Shown: one piece after another, positions 10,397 to 20,574 of the stretch | How positions within the stretch are numbered: position 1 is the first letter of the stretch | Layout of the letters: every line of letters begins with the position of its first letter | DNA from: Clostridiales bacterium | Lineage (GTDB): Bacteria > Bacillota > Clostridia > Christensenellales > QALW01 | Assembly: GCA_015069575.1 (NCBI GenBank) | Contig: SVIH01000011.1 | Span: forward strand, 376 to 64,375 | Direction of reading: 5' to 3' | Length of the DNA stretch: 64,000 nt | Notes under the pieces: model-generated | The model's database searches: none | What the model was told of the DNA's origin: nothing | What the model saw: only the letters and a program-made list of their open reading frames with translations | Translations under genes and position numbers: made by a program

Positions 10397-11399
10397 TTAA
10401 TTCATCAACAGTTTTTACTTCTTCTTCCATTAATCCATCCATAACCAAAACAGTTTTAAAACTCACAAGAGAAACTTCAAGCATGCTATCGTCAGGCTCT
10501 CTTGTTGATAGTTTTTGCAATAACATTCCCGGAGCCCTTAAAATGCGGAAAAAGATATTATCGCTTTTTGCTAAAAGTTTTAAAATTTCATAGGAAGTGC
10601 CTGCAACAACAGGAAGCAAAAGAATCTTTGCTAATAAACGAACAATTGATGCGCCCATAGTTAATGTGTTAAAACCAAACAAATTATCTATAATTGAGGC
10701 TATCAATATACCAACAACCATTATAATGAACATAAACGACGTTCCGCAACGCGGGTGGCTTGTGGAATACTTTCTTGCGTTTTCCACGGTAAGTTCATCG
10801 CCGTGTTCATAACAAGAAATAACCTTATGTTCTGCGCCGTGATACATAAAAAGGCGTTTAATATCCTTCATAAAACCAATGGCAAAAAGGTATCCTAAAA
10901 AAATTAAAATTTTAGTAAAACCTTCGGCAATATTCAAAAGAAGTTTCGTTAAGGGGGTAGCGGTTTCAACGGTAATTCCAAATATTTTAGAAATCAAAGT
11001 TGAAACAAGGGAAGGCAAAAACATAAAAAGCACAAAAGATAAGCCTAATCCAAGCACAATGCCCAAAACGATGGCAACGGTTTCTAATTTTATTTTAAAT
11101 GTTTTTGAAAGCCATTTTTCAAACTTTGTTGGTTCTTCACCTTCTAAAAGGTCCTCACCATACATTTGTGCCGACTGGCTTGTTAAATTCATACCTGAAA
11201 TTAAAGAATCAACAAAGGCAACAACACCGCGCACAACGGGAATTTTGTTTACAGCTTTGCGCCAGGATTTCATAGTCAGTTTTTGTTTTTCAACAACTAT
11301 CGTGCCATCTGCGCGGCGAACAGACATAGCAAGTGATGAAGCAGACTTCATCATAACACCTTCCATAACTGCCTGACCGCCAATAGAAACATATTTCAT
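10368..11399 (-). CDS. DUF1385 (YqhQ-like) membrane protein
   Basis: IGGQAVMEGVMMK N-terminus and HGAEHK motif. Conserved neighbour of prmC-prfA in Firmicutes. Start set to the ATG that has AGGTGA upstream. Confidence 0.85.
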   Translation of the reverse strand: MKYVSIGGQAVMEGVMMKSASSLAMSVRRADGTIVVEKQKLTMKSWRKAVNKIPVVRGVVAFVDSLISGMNLTSQSAQMYGEDLLEGEEPTKFEKWLSKTFKIKLETVAIVLGIVLGLGLSFVLFMFLPSLVSTLISKIFGITVETATPLTKLLLNIAEGFTKILIFLGYLFAIGFMKDIKRLFMYHGAEHKVISCYEHGDELTVENARKYSTSHPRCGTSFMFIIMVVGILIASIIDNLFGFNTLTMGASIVRLLAKILLLPVVAGTSYEILKLLAKSDNIFFRILRAPGMLLQKLSTREPDDSMLEVSLVSFKTVLVMDGLMEEEVKTVDELNESNENDSQ

Positions 11400-11566
11400 T
11401 AAAATCACCTACTGATATATGATGTACTAAATATATAATAGTATAATATATTTCACATTTATTTGCAAGTGAAGAAAATGTGTAATAAAGTATAAAAATA
11501 TTTAACTTGCCAACAATCATAATAAAGGCTATAATTATATTAAATAATGATTTGGAGGAAATGAAA

Positions 11567-11878
11567 ATGGAAGATTTATTATACTTTCAGGATGATGCAG
11601 GCAACGAAATTGCTTTAATGATGATTGATAATTTTGAGTTTGACGGTAAAAACTACGCTCTTTTAGCAACCCCACAGGATGCTGAAGATGGCGGCATATA
11701 TGTTATGCGAATGGAAGATAAAGACGGCGAACTTGCATTCCATATGCCCGATGATGACGAGATGGAAAAACTTACACCTTTCTTAATGGAAATGTTTGAA
11801 CATCAGGGCGGCGGATGCAGCGGTGATTGTTGCTCTTGCCACGGTTGCCACACAGACGAAGATTTTGATGAAGAATAA
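11567..11878 (+). CDS. DUF1292 family protein with Cys/His-rich tail
   Basis: FQDDAGNEI...FEFDGKNYALL pattern. GGAGGA lies 7 nt upstream of this ATG. C-terminus is GGGCSGDCCSCHGCH. Confidence 0.7.
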   Translation: MEDLLYFQDDAGNEIALMMIDNFEFDGKNYALLATPQDAEDGGIYVMRMEDKDGELAFHMPDDDEMEKLTPFLMEMFEHQGGGCSGDCCSCHGCHTDEDFDEE

Positions 11879-11883
11879 AAAAA

Positions 11884-11918
11884 CAAACGGTCAGATTTAA
11901 TCTGACCGTTTTTTTTAT
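11884..11918. terminator. bidirectional terminator
   Basis: Stem ACGGTCAGA / TCTGACCGT followed by a T8 run, between convergent genes. Confidence 0.8.
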
Positions 11919-12418
11919 CCATTAAATTCGTCTTTTAAAATACTATACCAACAAAGATTACAAAGTTCGCCGTTTACAACGATATGATTACGGAACTCCC
12001 CTTCGAATTTAAAACCCATTTTTTTGTAAAAACCGTTTGCTCTTTGATTTTGAGGAATAACATTAAGGTAAACGCGTTCAAGGTTAAGAACGTTAAAAGC
12101 GTATTTTAAAATCTCTTCTGTTGCGAATTTTGAAGCACCTGTGCCTTGTGCATCATAGCAAAAACTAATGGCATACTCAGCATTTTTTGCAATTGGATCA
12201 ATGTTTTTAAGGCTTACTGTACCTAAATATTTGTCTTGGTCATCTACACAAACAAAATTCACATTATTAGGATCGTTGCTAGCGTTTTTGATAAAGTTTT
12301 CAACTTTTTCATCAGTAAAACTTGCAAAATCAGTGGCAAAAATTGTTTTTGTGCGAGGATCTTTCATCCAACCAAGCATTCTTTCTTTATCTTTTAATTC
12401 CGGGTTTCTTAATCGCAT
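11915..12418 (-). CDS. GNAT family N-acetyltransferase
   Basis: 167 aa with the RimJ/RimL-like GNAT pattern (NQRANGFYKKMGF). Last gene of the amino-sugar cluster. Confidence 0.8.
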   Translation of the reverse strand: MRLRNPELKDKERMLGWMKDPRTKTIFATDFASFTDEKVENFIKNASNDPNNVNFVCVDDQDKYLGTVSLKNIDPIAKNAEYAISFCYDAQGTGASKFATEEILKYAFNVLNLERVYLNVIPQNQRANGFYKKMGFKFEGEFRNHIVVNGELCNLCWYSILKDEFNG

Positions 12419-12427
12419 AATATCACC

Positions 12428-13516
12428 TTAAAAATTATTGATAGCATCAATAACATAATCAATTTCTTCGTCAGTCATACCAACAAACAGTGGCAAAGAT
12501 AATTCTGTTGCTGCAATTTCAGATGCAAGCGGCATGTGCGGTAAATTAAGGGAGGCATATGCTTTTTGATCAGGAATTGCTATAGGATAGTGTTTTGCAA
12601 CACCAATGCCTTTATCAAGCAAATATTTTTCAAGTTCGTCACGGCAGGATGTCATAATTGCAAATATGTGCCAGATATGTGTTCTGTCTTTTCCGATAAC
12701 AGGAAGTTTGATTTTTGAATTTTTGATACCTTCAAGATATCTGTTGGCAATACGGTTACGATCAGCATTGTATTCATCAAGATGCTGAAGTTTTATTCTT
12801 AAAAGACCTGCCTGAACTTCATCAAGACGGCTGTTTGTACCCATATAAACATGGTTATATTTTTCTTTTGAACCATAATTGGCAATGGTGCGTACTTTTT
12901 GCGCAATTTCATCTGAATTTGATACAACAGCGCCACCATCACCTAAAGCGCCAAGATTTTTGCCAGGATAAAAACTAAAACAGCCAGCAACGCCAAAGGT
13001 ACCTACCTTTTTGCCCTTATATAAAGCTCCGTGGGCTTGGGCGCAATCTTCAACAACAAACAGGTTGTGCTTGTTTGCAAAATCCATAATTTCATCCATT
13101 TCGGCAGCCTGACCGTAAAGATGAACGGGAATAATTGCTTTGGTTTTATCTGTTAAAGCTTCGCTAAGCCCTTTTGAACACATATTATATGTAATTTCAT
13201 CAGGATCAACAAGTACGGGGGTTGCGCCGGTATATGAAACAGCAAGGGCTGTAGCAATAAATGTGTTAGATGGAATAATAACTTCATCGCCTCTGCCAAT
13301 ACCTAAAGCAAGAAGAACAAGGTAGATTGCATCAAGACCGTTGCCAACACCAATACAATGTTTTGCATCACAATATGTTGCAAATTCTTTTTCAAAGCTT
13401 TCATATTCACTGCCCTGAATAAACCATCCACGGTCGCACATTTTAGTAAATTTATCAAGCATCTCAGTGCGGATGTCCGCATGCATTCTGTCAAATGTAG
13501 AAAAAGGTATATTCAT
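12428..13516 (-). CDS. DegT/DnrJ/EryC1/StrS sugar aminotransferase (FdtB/QdtB-like)
   Basis: Family hallmarks include [16 protein letters not shown] carrying the PLP lysine. Confidence 0.9.
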   Translation of the reverse strand: MNIPFSTFDRMHADIRTEMLDKFTKMCDRGWFIQGSEYESFEKEFATYCDAKHCIGVGNGLDAIYLVLLALGIGRGDEVIIPSNTFIATALAVSYTGATPVLVDPDEITYNMCSKGLSEALTDKTKAIIPVHLYGQAAEMDEIMDFANKHNLFVVEDCAQAHGALYKGKKVGTFGVAGCFSFYPGKNLGALGDGGAVVSNSDEIAQKVRTIANYGSKEKYNHVYMGTNSRLDEVQAGLLRIKLQHLDEYNADRNRIANRYLEGIKNSKIKLPVIGKDRTHIWHIFAIMTSCRDELEKYLLDKGIGVAKHYPIAIPDQKAYASLNLPHMPLASEIAATELSLPLFVGMTDEEIDYVIDAINNF

Positions 13517-13517
13517 A

Positions 13518-13943
13518 TTATTTAACCTCGCTTTTTAAAAAATCAGTAGCGATTTTTTCATATTCTTTATAATCTCTTATGTAATCGTTAACATTATAAT
13601 GTTCGCTTGCAAGCACCAGCAATACTGAACCGGGGGTAAAATCATACATTTCACGCCAAACCATAGGGCCGATGTAAAGACCTTTATCGGGGCTTGAAAG
13701 CTCAGTTATTTCTTCTTCATAAGGGGTCTTTGTAAGTATTTTTACACTGCCGTGAACACATATAAGCATTTGGTGCAGGTCTTTATGGGAATGAAATCCC
13801 CTGCGCGTACCATCCGGAACCTCATAAATATAATAAACACGTTTAACACCAAAAGGAAAACTTTGTTCGGCTTCCAGTGCAGTCAGACTTCCGTAGGTGG
13901 CATCAAAAAACCTTCCAAATTTGTAATGTGAAACATTAAACAT
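13518..13943 (-). CDS. FdtA/WxcM-like sugar 3,4-ketoisomerase (cupin)
   Basis: [12 protein letters not shown]...RRGFHSHK...[14 protein letters not shown] matches the FdtA-type pattern. Confidence 0.85.
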   Translation of the reverse strand: MFNVSHYKFGRFFDATYGSLTALEAEQSFPFGVKRVYYIYEVPDGTRRGFHSHKDLHQMLICVHGSVKILTKTPYEEEITELSSPDKGLYIGPMVWREMYDFTPGSVLLVLASEHYNVNDYIRDYKEYEKIATDFLKSEVK

Positions 13944-13946
13944 AAA

Positions 13947-15110
13947 TTATCTCCTTTTTATAAAGTGTTTCAGAGCTTTAAAAAATTTTAACCCAAAGGA
14001 CATAAACAGTACAATCAAAACCACTGCTGTGCTGATTATAAGGCTGTATTCAAGGATATAAAGGAGGAATAACTGGCGATTAAATACTTCCAATGAAGCA
14101 ATAGAATATCCTATATAAATTGCTGATAAATAGGCGGTAAATTTTGTTACTTTTAAAAGGGGAGACCAACTATCTAAAAAAGGAAGCAACATGCAACGAA
14201 TAAAATGGGAAGGAAACATCTTAAAAAGTTTTAGTTTTGATAAAACTTTTTCAGTTCCGCCACCGTTATAATAAGCATGTTTTTCATAGTGATATCTTTG
14301 GAAAATAAGAGTGCGTTCTTTCGATTCAAAATGCTTAAAATAAGGCATAATTTCATTTTCAAAAATATGTATCATGTCAAGCTTATATTGAAGAACATGC
14401 TTTGGCAAAACGCCCGTTGTTTCATAATGGCTGATACCGCCGTCGCGGTGCAAAAGACCGTTAAAATCAACATAGCGGATAAGCCCGCCTGAACGGGTGA
14501 GATGTAAAAAATAAGCCCAGTCTTCTATGAATTTATAGGTTTCGTTGAAATATCCGAATTTTTCAAACATATCGTTGCGCATTGCTGTTGCGCCGATAGC
14601 AAGAAAACAAGTTGAACTAAATACACGGAACTGTTCAAATGCAGTCATTTTATTAAAACTTGCTGCTTGTGTAGGGCGCACAAAAACACTCAACTCGTTT
14701 TTCATCTGCTCGTCCATCATATGACATTGAGATGAAATCATATAAACGTTATCCTCGGCTTTTCTAAATGATTTTTCAAAATTAGCAACAACATTTTCAT
14801 CATATAAAGCATCGTCAGCAGCAAAAAACAAAATATATTTACCTTTTGCAGCTTTTACAGCGCGATTAATAGTTTTTACTGTGCCTTGATTGATTTCGTT
14901 AATGCAATATTCTATATTGGATATGTTATCCTTCTTATTAACATTGATGTAATCTTTTATCATATCAAGATCAATGTCTGTTGAGGCATCATCTGCCAGA
15001 ATGATTTCGATATTATTATAATTTTGTTTTAAAACCGAATCAATGGCGCTTAAAACATATCGCGGTTGGTTATAATGCAACAAAATAACAGTAAAAAGAT
15101 CTTTTGTCAT
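13947..15110 (-). CDS. family 2 glycosyltransferase with C-terminal membrane segment
   Basis: GT2 N-terminus (TVILLHYNQPRYV...DDASTD) and a hydrophobic C-terminal third. Confidence 0.85.
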   Translation of the reverse strand: MTKDLFTVILLHYNQPRYVLSAIDSVLKQNYNNIEIILADDASTDIDLDMIKDYINVNKKDNISNIEYCINEINQGTVKTINRAVKAAKGKYILFFAADDALYDENVVANFEKSFRKAEDNVYMISSQCHMMDEQMKNELSVFVRPTQAASFNKMTAFEQFRVFSSTCFLAIGATAMRNDMFEKFGYFNETYKFIEDWAYFLHLTRSGGLIRYVDFNGLLHRDGGISHYETTGVLPKHVLQYKLDMIHIFENEIMPYFKHFESKERTLIFQRYHYEKHAYYNGGGTEKVLSKLKLFKMFPSHFIRCMLLPFLDSWSPLLKVTKFTAYLSAIYIGYSIASLEVFNRQLFLLYILEYSLIISTAVVLIVLFMSFGLKFFKALKHFIKRR

Positions 15111-16249
15111 TAATGGTTTCTCCTAAAAATATTGCGGAATTTTTTTATTAAACTTGCTAATTTCCATGCTTTTGAAGCGTAGATGCTTTCAAGTTCGTTT
15201 TTTAAAGAAATGTTTTCTTTTTTGTAAATGGGAAAATCTTTATGCATATCTGAATCACAGTTTGCTGCAAAATTGCCTGTAAAAGCATATAGATCGTTTA
15301 AAGAATATCCGTATTCTTTTTTCATGCATTCACGAAAAGTTTTGTTTGAAAGATTCTTCATTAAAAAGTCCAACCCAAGAGTTTTTACGCTTGAGTTCCA
15401 CAGGCCTTTATTCCAGAGAATAAAAAACTTTTCGCATTTTATTTGTTCCGGTGAAGAAGCGCCGCTATTAATGAAAAAATCACCAAAGCCTTTTATAAAA
15501 TCTTCATCAGAAATATGTTCAAACATATTTTCAATAACGAATTTTGCTTCGTTGTAAAGGCGGATATTATTTGTGTCGCTTGCCTGACTTACGTTATTTG
15601 TATTTTCCACAAACCTGTATTTTACAAGATTTTCTTTTATTATGTAGATAGGATGTTTTAATAATATTTTTATCCAGAGGTCAAAATCATGCAACTGACG
15701 TAATTGAGGCAAATATTGACCGATTTGGTTATGAACGGTAGTTCTTATTAACGCACTTGAATGACATAAATGATTACCGCTGACAAAAAAATCACAAAGC
15801 ATTTTTTCGCGGGGGAAATTATCATATTGAAAAATTGATAACGGAAAAACATCACTTGCGCTGATTTTTTCAGAATTTTTATCGATTATTTGTGCGTAAG
15901 TAAAACAAGCCGCAAGGGATGCATCGTTTTCAAGTATTTGCAGTTGCTTTTCTAATTTATCTTTTTCCCAAATATCATCTGAACCTAAAACTGCAATATA
16001 TTCACCTTGCGCCATGCCTAACAGATGATTTAAAGAAATTACTGTGCCTTGATTTTCTTCAAAAAAAACAGCTTTTATGCGCGCATCATCATAGCTTTTA
16101 ATAACTTCTTTTGTGTTATCGCAAGAACAGTCATCACCAATCAGAAGTTCAAAATTGGAAAAAGTTTGGTTAAGCACGCTTTCAATAGTAAGACCTACGT
16201 AATTTCCATGATTATAAGCAGGAATAAGGACACTGACCCTTGGCTGCAT
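15110..16249 (-). CDS. family 2 glycosyltransferase
   Basis: VSVLIPAYNHGNYV...GDDCSCD plus a DDxW motif. Confidence 0.88.
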   Translation of the reverse strand: MQPRVSVLIPAYNHGNYVGLTIESVLNQTFSNFELLIGDDCSCDNTKEVIKSYDDARIKAVFFEENQGTVISLNHLLGMAQGEYIAVLGSDDIWEKDKLEKQLQILENDASLAACFTYAQIIDKNSEKISASDVFPLSIFQYDNFPREKMLCDFFVSGNHLCHSSALIRTTVHNQIGQYLPQLRQLHDFDLWIKILLKHPIYIIKENLVKYRFVENTNNVSQASDTNNIRLYNEAKFVIENMFEHISDEDFIKGFGDFFINSGASSPEQIKCEKFFILWNKGLWNSSVKTLGLDFLMKNLSNKTFRECMKKEYGYSLNDLYAFTGNFAANCDSDMHKDFPIYKKENISLKNELESIYASKAWKLASLIKKFRNIFRRNH

Positions 16250-16405
16250 TTTTAACTCCTTTTATATTGCACAATTATGCATTATAATATTTTACTAAAT
16301 TATACAACTTAGCAAATGCATTGTCAACTTATAAATATTTCAATGTCCTTGACGAATGTGTAAGACGGGTATATAATTATAAAAAATTCAAGATAGGGGA
16401 AAGAT

Positions 16406-17830
16406 ATGAAAAAATTATTAAAAGTTTTAAAACAAGTGATTAGCTCAAAAGCATTCATTTTTTCTTTGGCGGCGCTTATAATGTTTTTGATAACTTATTC
16501 TGTTGATTTGTTATCATTGTCCGGTGATGCCCAGGAAACATGGAAGGTTGCTCAAACATTTTTTAGTCAAGACAAGTACTACTCTTATGTAATGTATAAA
16601 GGTGTATATGCATTTTTGCCTTGTGTGTTGGATATATTTATAGCAGGGATTTTAAATATTCCCCAATACATAATATTTAAACTGTTCAATGCTTTGTGTT
16701 TTGGATATGTGGCAGCATATGGCATTCCAAATCTTGTAGGGCATATTCATAAAAACGAAAAAGTGTCTGTTTTACAAAGATATCTTCTTGTAGCGCTTTT
16801 AATCATTTTTGAAAGCAACATTAATTTTATAGTCAGTGTTGATATGATGAGTTGCGCAATGTTTTTTGCTCTTTGTAACAGCGCTATGAATATAGTAAAA
16901 AATGAAGATAAAAAAGTCATTAAGTTTGTTTGGTTTGGAATATGGTTTGGCTTAAATATGTGCTTAAGCGGACAGTTTGCGATTTCTACAGTAATTGTTG
17001 CAATTGCACTAATTATCAATACCATTTATAAGCATTTTAAAAAGCATGGATTTAAACAAATTAAGAGTTATGGTTCATTGGCACTTTCTTTGTTAGTTGT
17101 TTTTTGTTGTTACTATATCGCAAAGCTTCCTAACCAATTTTACATGAACAATGTTGTTGAACCGGCAAGGGCAGCGGGGCAATGGATACCTACCGGGCAA
17201 GCGTGGATAATAAATGGGTTATCACAAAATCTTTTACATATTACATATCCTTCGCAAGTGCCTGATAATTTAAGCATGGGCTTTTTAACTCCGGAACAGC
17301 TTGAGCAAGTTAACGCAGGCGGTGCAATATTAAATTATGGTGATTATATACAACTTATTATACAGCACCCTGTAAGATTTCTTGTGCGTTGGAGCGAACG
17401 TCTTTTCCTGGGTATAATGAATGACCCTCAGAATTTAATTGCTAAAACAGTAAATTATCCTTCGGTAATGTTAGTAAGTATGGCAGTAATTGTGTATTCG
17501 CTCTATGATAGATTTAAAGCGCGCTTTACAAATTATAAAGATATAATTTCAGTAGATATGGCAATCTATCTGGCGCTGTTGTTTTCTGCACTTGTTCCAT
17601 CGTTTGGACATGTTGAAAACAGATATTTCTTTACGGCAAGATGTTTTATTTTTGGCGTGTTTGCAATATCGCCTTATCTTAATCAAACTTTTGAAAGTAT
17701 AAAGAATAAAATTAAAGAAAAGACGCTGGAACCGATTTCCTGGCGATTTTGGGGATGCGCAGTGTTTGTGTTACTTTCACTTATAATATATTATGCAATA
17801 TATCAGAGTGCAGGAATAATGAAAATGTAA
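16406..17830 (+). CDS. polytopic membrane protein, possible glycan polymerase or GT-C-like enzyme
   Basis: 474 aa with at least 10 hydrophobic helices. Divergent from the GT2 genes. TTGACG-17-TATAAT lies upstream. The functional call rests on context only. Confidence 0.55.
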   Translation: MKKLLKVLKQVISSKAFIFSLAALIMFLITYSVDLLSLSGDAQETWKVAQTFFSQDKYYSYVMYKGVYAFLPCVLDIFIAGILNIPQYIIFKLFNALCFGYVAAYGIPNLVGHIHKNEKVSVLQRYLLVALLIIFESNINFIVSVDMMSCAMFFALCNSAMNIVKNEDKKVIKFVWFGIWFGLNMCLSGQFAISTVIVAIALIINTIYKHFKKHGFKQIKSYGSLALSLLVVFCCYYIAKLPNQFYMNNVVEPARAAGQWIPTGQAWIINGLSQNLLHITYPSQVPDNLSMGFLTPEQLEQVNAGGAILNYGDYIQLIIQHPVRFLVRWSERLFLGIMNDPQNLIAKTVNYPSVMLVSMAVIVYSLYDRFKARFTNYKDIISVDMAIYLALLFSALVPSFGHVENRYFFTARCFIFGVFAISPYLNQTFESIKNKIKEKTLEPISWRFWGCAVFVLLSLIIYYAIYQSAGIMKM

Positions 17831-17832
17831 TA

Positions 17833-17868
17833 AAAAAAGATGCTTTAAATCTAAAGCATCTTTTTTAA
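17833..17868. terminator. bidirectional terminator
   Basis: Stem AGATGCTTTA / TAAAGCATCT with flanking A/T runs. Confidence 0.8.
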
Positions 17869-17871
17869 TTT

Positions 17872-18735
17872 TTAAGCCTTGTTAATTGAACCAAAGAGTT
17901 CCATTTTTTCTTTAACAGTTACCTTTATTGCTTCAAAGCCGGGGGCAAGAAGTTTTCTTGGGTCAAAACCTTTACCTTCAAGATCCTTGCCTGCTTCGAT
18001 ATATTTTCTTGTAGCTTCCTGAAAAGCAAGCTGACATTCAGTATTAACATTAATCTTTGAAACACCTAAGGAAATTGCTTTTTTAATCATGTCAGCAGGA
18101 ATTCCTGTTCCACCGTGAAGAACAAGGGGCATATCACCTGTTAACTTCTGAATTGCATCTAAAGTTTCAAAACTTAAGCCTGCCCAGTTTGCAGGATATT
18201 TGCCATGAATGTTACCAATACCTGCTGCAAGCATTGAAACGCCAAGATCAGCGATCATCTTACATTCGTTTGGATCTGCAACTTCGCCTGACCCAACAAC
18301 ACCGTCTTCTTCGCCGCCAATAGCGCCAACTTCAGCTTCAACTGAAATGCCTTTTGAAGTTGCATCTTTAATAATTTGTTTTGTTTTTTCAATATTTTCT
18401 TCAATTGGGTAGTGTGAACCGTCAAACATAACTGAAGAAAAACCTGCTTCCATTGCCTTATAAGCGCCGTCATAGCTGCCGTGATCAAGGTGAATTGCAA
18501 CAGGAACGGTGATGTTTAAAGTTTCAATCATACCTTTAACCATGTTTACAACGGTATTAAAACCGCACATATACTTTGCTGCGCCTTCAGAAACACCTAA
18601 AATAACAGGTGAATTATTCTCCTGTGCAGTTAAAAGAATAGCCTTTGTCCATTCAAGATTGTTGATGTTAAACTGGCCAACTGCATATTTGCCTGCTTTA
18701 GCCTTTTGTAACATCTCTTTTGCAGAAACTAACAT
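17872..18735 (-). CDS. fba: class II fructose-1,6-bisphosphate aldolase
   Basis: LDHG, LVLHGGTG and overall FbaA-type sequence. Length 287 aa. Confidence 0.95.
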   Translation of the reverse strand: MLVSAKEMLQKAKAGKYAVGQFNINNLEWTKAILLTAQENNSPVILGVSEGAAKYMCGFNTVVNMVKGMIETLNITVPVAIHLDHGSYDGAYKAMEAGFSSVMFDGSHYPIEENIEKTKQIIKDATSKGISVEAEVGAIGGEEDGVVGSGEVADPNECKMIADLGVSMLAAGIGNIHGKYPANWAGLSFETLDAIQKLTGDMPLVLHGGTGIPADMIKKAISLGVSKINVNTECQLAFQEATRKYIEAGKDLEGKGFDPRKLLAPGFEAIKVTVKEKMELFGSINKA

Positions 18736-18771
18736 ATATTTATACCTCCAAAGATTTATTTTCTAAATAAT

Positions 18772-18800
18772 ATTATAAGATAAGTTTGCAATAATTGCAA
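18772..18800 (-). promoter_or_regulatory. fba promoter with overlapping 15-bp perfect palindrome
   Basis: Reverse strand reads TTGCAA-17-TATAAT. The palindrome TTGCAATAATTGCAA (18786-18800) covers the -35 box and part of the spacer. Confidence 0.45.
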
Positions 18801-18825
18801 CTTAATTCGATTGTTTTTTAAAAAA

Positions 18826-19803
18826 TTAACCTTTGATTAAATCGTATAAAGTAGGAATAGTTATCTGATGATCACCGTTAAAGTGCCAGCCTTTGCCACC
18901 TTGTGAGGTTGGGCGGTTTACGATGTTTTTTCTTGGGCGGTAGTAGTAATTGGGGTCATCGTAACCAATTTTTGAGCGGTAATTACCTAAATTAATAAGG
19001 TCAAAGTTAGCGGTAGTAATATTAAAGGTGGGGTAGCCTAAATTACGGGCAATAGAAAGTGCCTTTAAAAACACTTCTGCACCGATAACTGCCGAGCCAA
19101 AGTTTAAGAACACACCACCGTCAAGTTGAGCAACGGAAGCGCACATTTTTTTAAAATCAATACCGGAGCATTTTCCGATTATGGACATATCACAGGTTGG
19201 GTGCTGATGGATAATATCTGTGCCAAGGGCGATATGATATGAACAGGGAATATTGTTTATATAGCACTGATAAAGCACACAATCTTCGCGGTAGGGGAAT
19301 TTTTTGGGATTTTCTGCAATATATTTACCCAAAGCTTCACCATAGCCTAAATTTTCTTTTGCACCTAATTTTAATGCTTCATTCATCCAAGCGCCTGTTT
19401 GCTCCCACATACCAAATGAGCCATCTTCAATGGCAGTAGGAACATCTTCACTCGTTCCGCCTAAATAAGCAAGTTCAAAATCGTGAATACTGCCTGCGCC
19501 GTTAGATGCAATGTGAGTAATAATGCCCATTTTAATAAGTTGGATTATATACCTGGAAAGCCTGTTTTTTATAACGTGGGCACCCATTGACCATATTACA
19601 GGGCGTCCGTTTTTGCGTGCTTGCTTAATTCTTTCAACAAGCTCTAAAAAATCAGGGTCTTCAAAATTTTCGTGGGGTGTTTTACCCGGAATCATAAGAT
19701 TTTCAATGGTAACTAAATTGTGCCTGTTATGTGAATCGTAGGTTTTAATGTTTTTAAAATCAAGGGTCATGCTCTTTCCTGAACCGATAAAATTGTTATC
19801 CAT
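18826..19803 (-). CDS. deoxyhypusine synthase-like family protein (function unknown)
   Basis: GAHVIKNRLSRYIIQLIKMGIITHIASNGAGSIHDFE and GGVFLNFGSAVIG resemble the DHS-fold pattern by eye. GGAGGA RBS present. Confidence 0.45.
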   Translation of the reverse strand: MDNNFIGSGKSMTLDFKNIKTYDSHNRHNLVTIENLMIPGKTPHENFEDPDFLELVERIKQARKNGRPVIWSMGAHVIKNRLSRYIIQLIKMGIITHIASNGAGSIHDFELAYLGGTSEDVPTAIEDGSFGMWEQTGAWMNEALKLGAKENLGYGEALGKYIAENPKKFPYREDCVLYQCYINNIPCSYHIALGTDIIHQHPTCDMSIIGKCSGIDFKKMCASVAQLDGGVFLNFGSAVIGAEVFLKALSIARNLGYPTFNITTANFDLINLGNYRSKIGYDDPNYYYRPRKNIVNRPTSQGGKGWHFNGDHQITIPTLYDLIKG

Positions 19804-19806
19804 TTT

Positions 19807-20568
19807 TTATTCCTCCATCCAATTTAAAATTTCGTCAATGTTTTCAAAACTGTCAATTAAAACGTGGGCTTTAGCGTTAGTTAAACGCTTTATCTTTGCT
19901 TCATCAAAGCCTTGTAAATTTTTTTCGTTAGCGCAAATACCTAAAGTAAGGGCTCCTGCTTCTTTGCCTAAACGGATTTCAACGGGACCGTCACCTACAA
20001 CAAGTAAGTTTTCGCCTTTATATTGTTCCATTAAGGATTTTAAAGTGGCTTCCTTTGAGCAGTCTGTTGAAAAGGGCATAGCGCCTTTTATCTGGTCAAA
20101 ATATTTATCTAATCCTAAAACAGCGGATTCTTTTAAAACATCAGCATCGTCAGTTCCGCTTGCTGCGTAAAGTTTAATACCTTTTTCCTTTAAAGCCTTT
20201 AAAAAGTTTTCGCAGTTTTTAATTAAGTAGTTTTCTTTATTATCCTTTGCAAGCTCTTTTTTTGTTTCAACGCTTTGCATCAGGCGGCGGTTGTATTCAG
20301 CTTTATAATCCCAAACATCCATAGGCTCGTCACCTTGCTTAATAACCTGATCTTTAAGCCACTGCATCTGCATAACGGTCTGAATACCTGTTGAAGCATC
20401 AATAAATTCTGCAACAAGTTCTTTAACATTTGGTGTTTTATTAAGATATTCTTCAAACAATGGCGCCATAACGTCTTCCCAACCACATCTTAAAGTTGAA
20501 AGAGTACCATCAAAATCAAAAATAGCGGCTTTTATATTATGTTTTTCATGTGCTTCTAATATTTTCAT
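19807..20568 (-). CDS. HAD superfamily hydrolase/phosphatase
   Basis: DxD motif in AAIFDFDGTLS and C-terminal VVGDG. Confidence 0.85.
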   Translation of the reverse strand: MKILEAHEKHNIKAAIFDFDGTLSTLRCGWEDVMAPLFEEYLNKTPNVKELVAEFIDASTGIQTVMQMQWLKDQVIKQGDEPMDVWDYKAEYNRRLMQSVETKKELAKDNKENYLIKNCENFLKALKEKGIKLYAASGTDDADVLKESAVLGLDKYFDQIKGAMPFSTDCSKEATLKSLMEQYKGENLLVVGDGPVEIRLGKEAGALTLGICANEKNLQGFDEAKIKRLTNAKAHVLIDSFENIDEILNWMEE

Positions 20569-20574
20569 AAAAAT

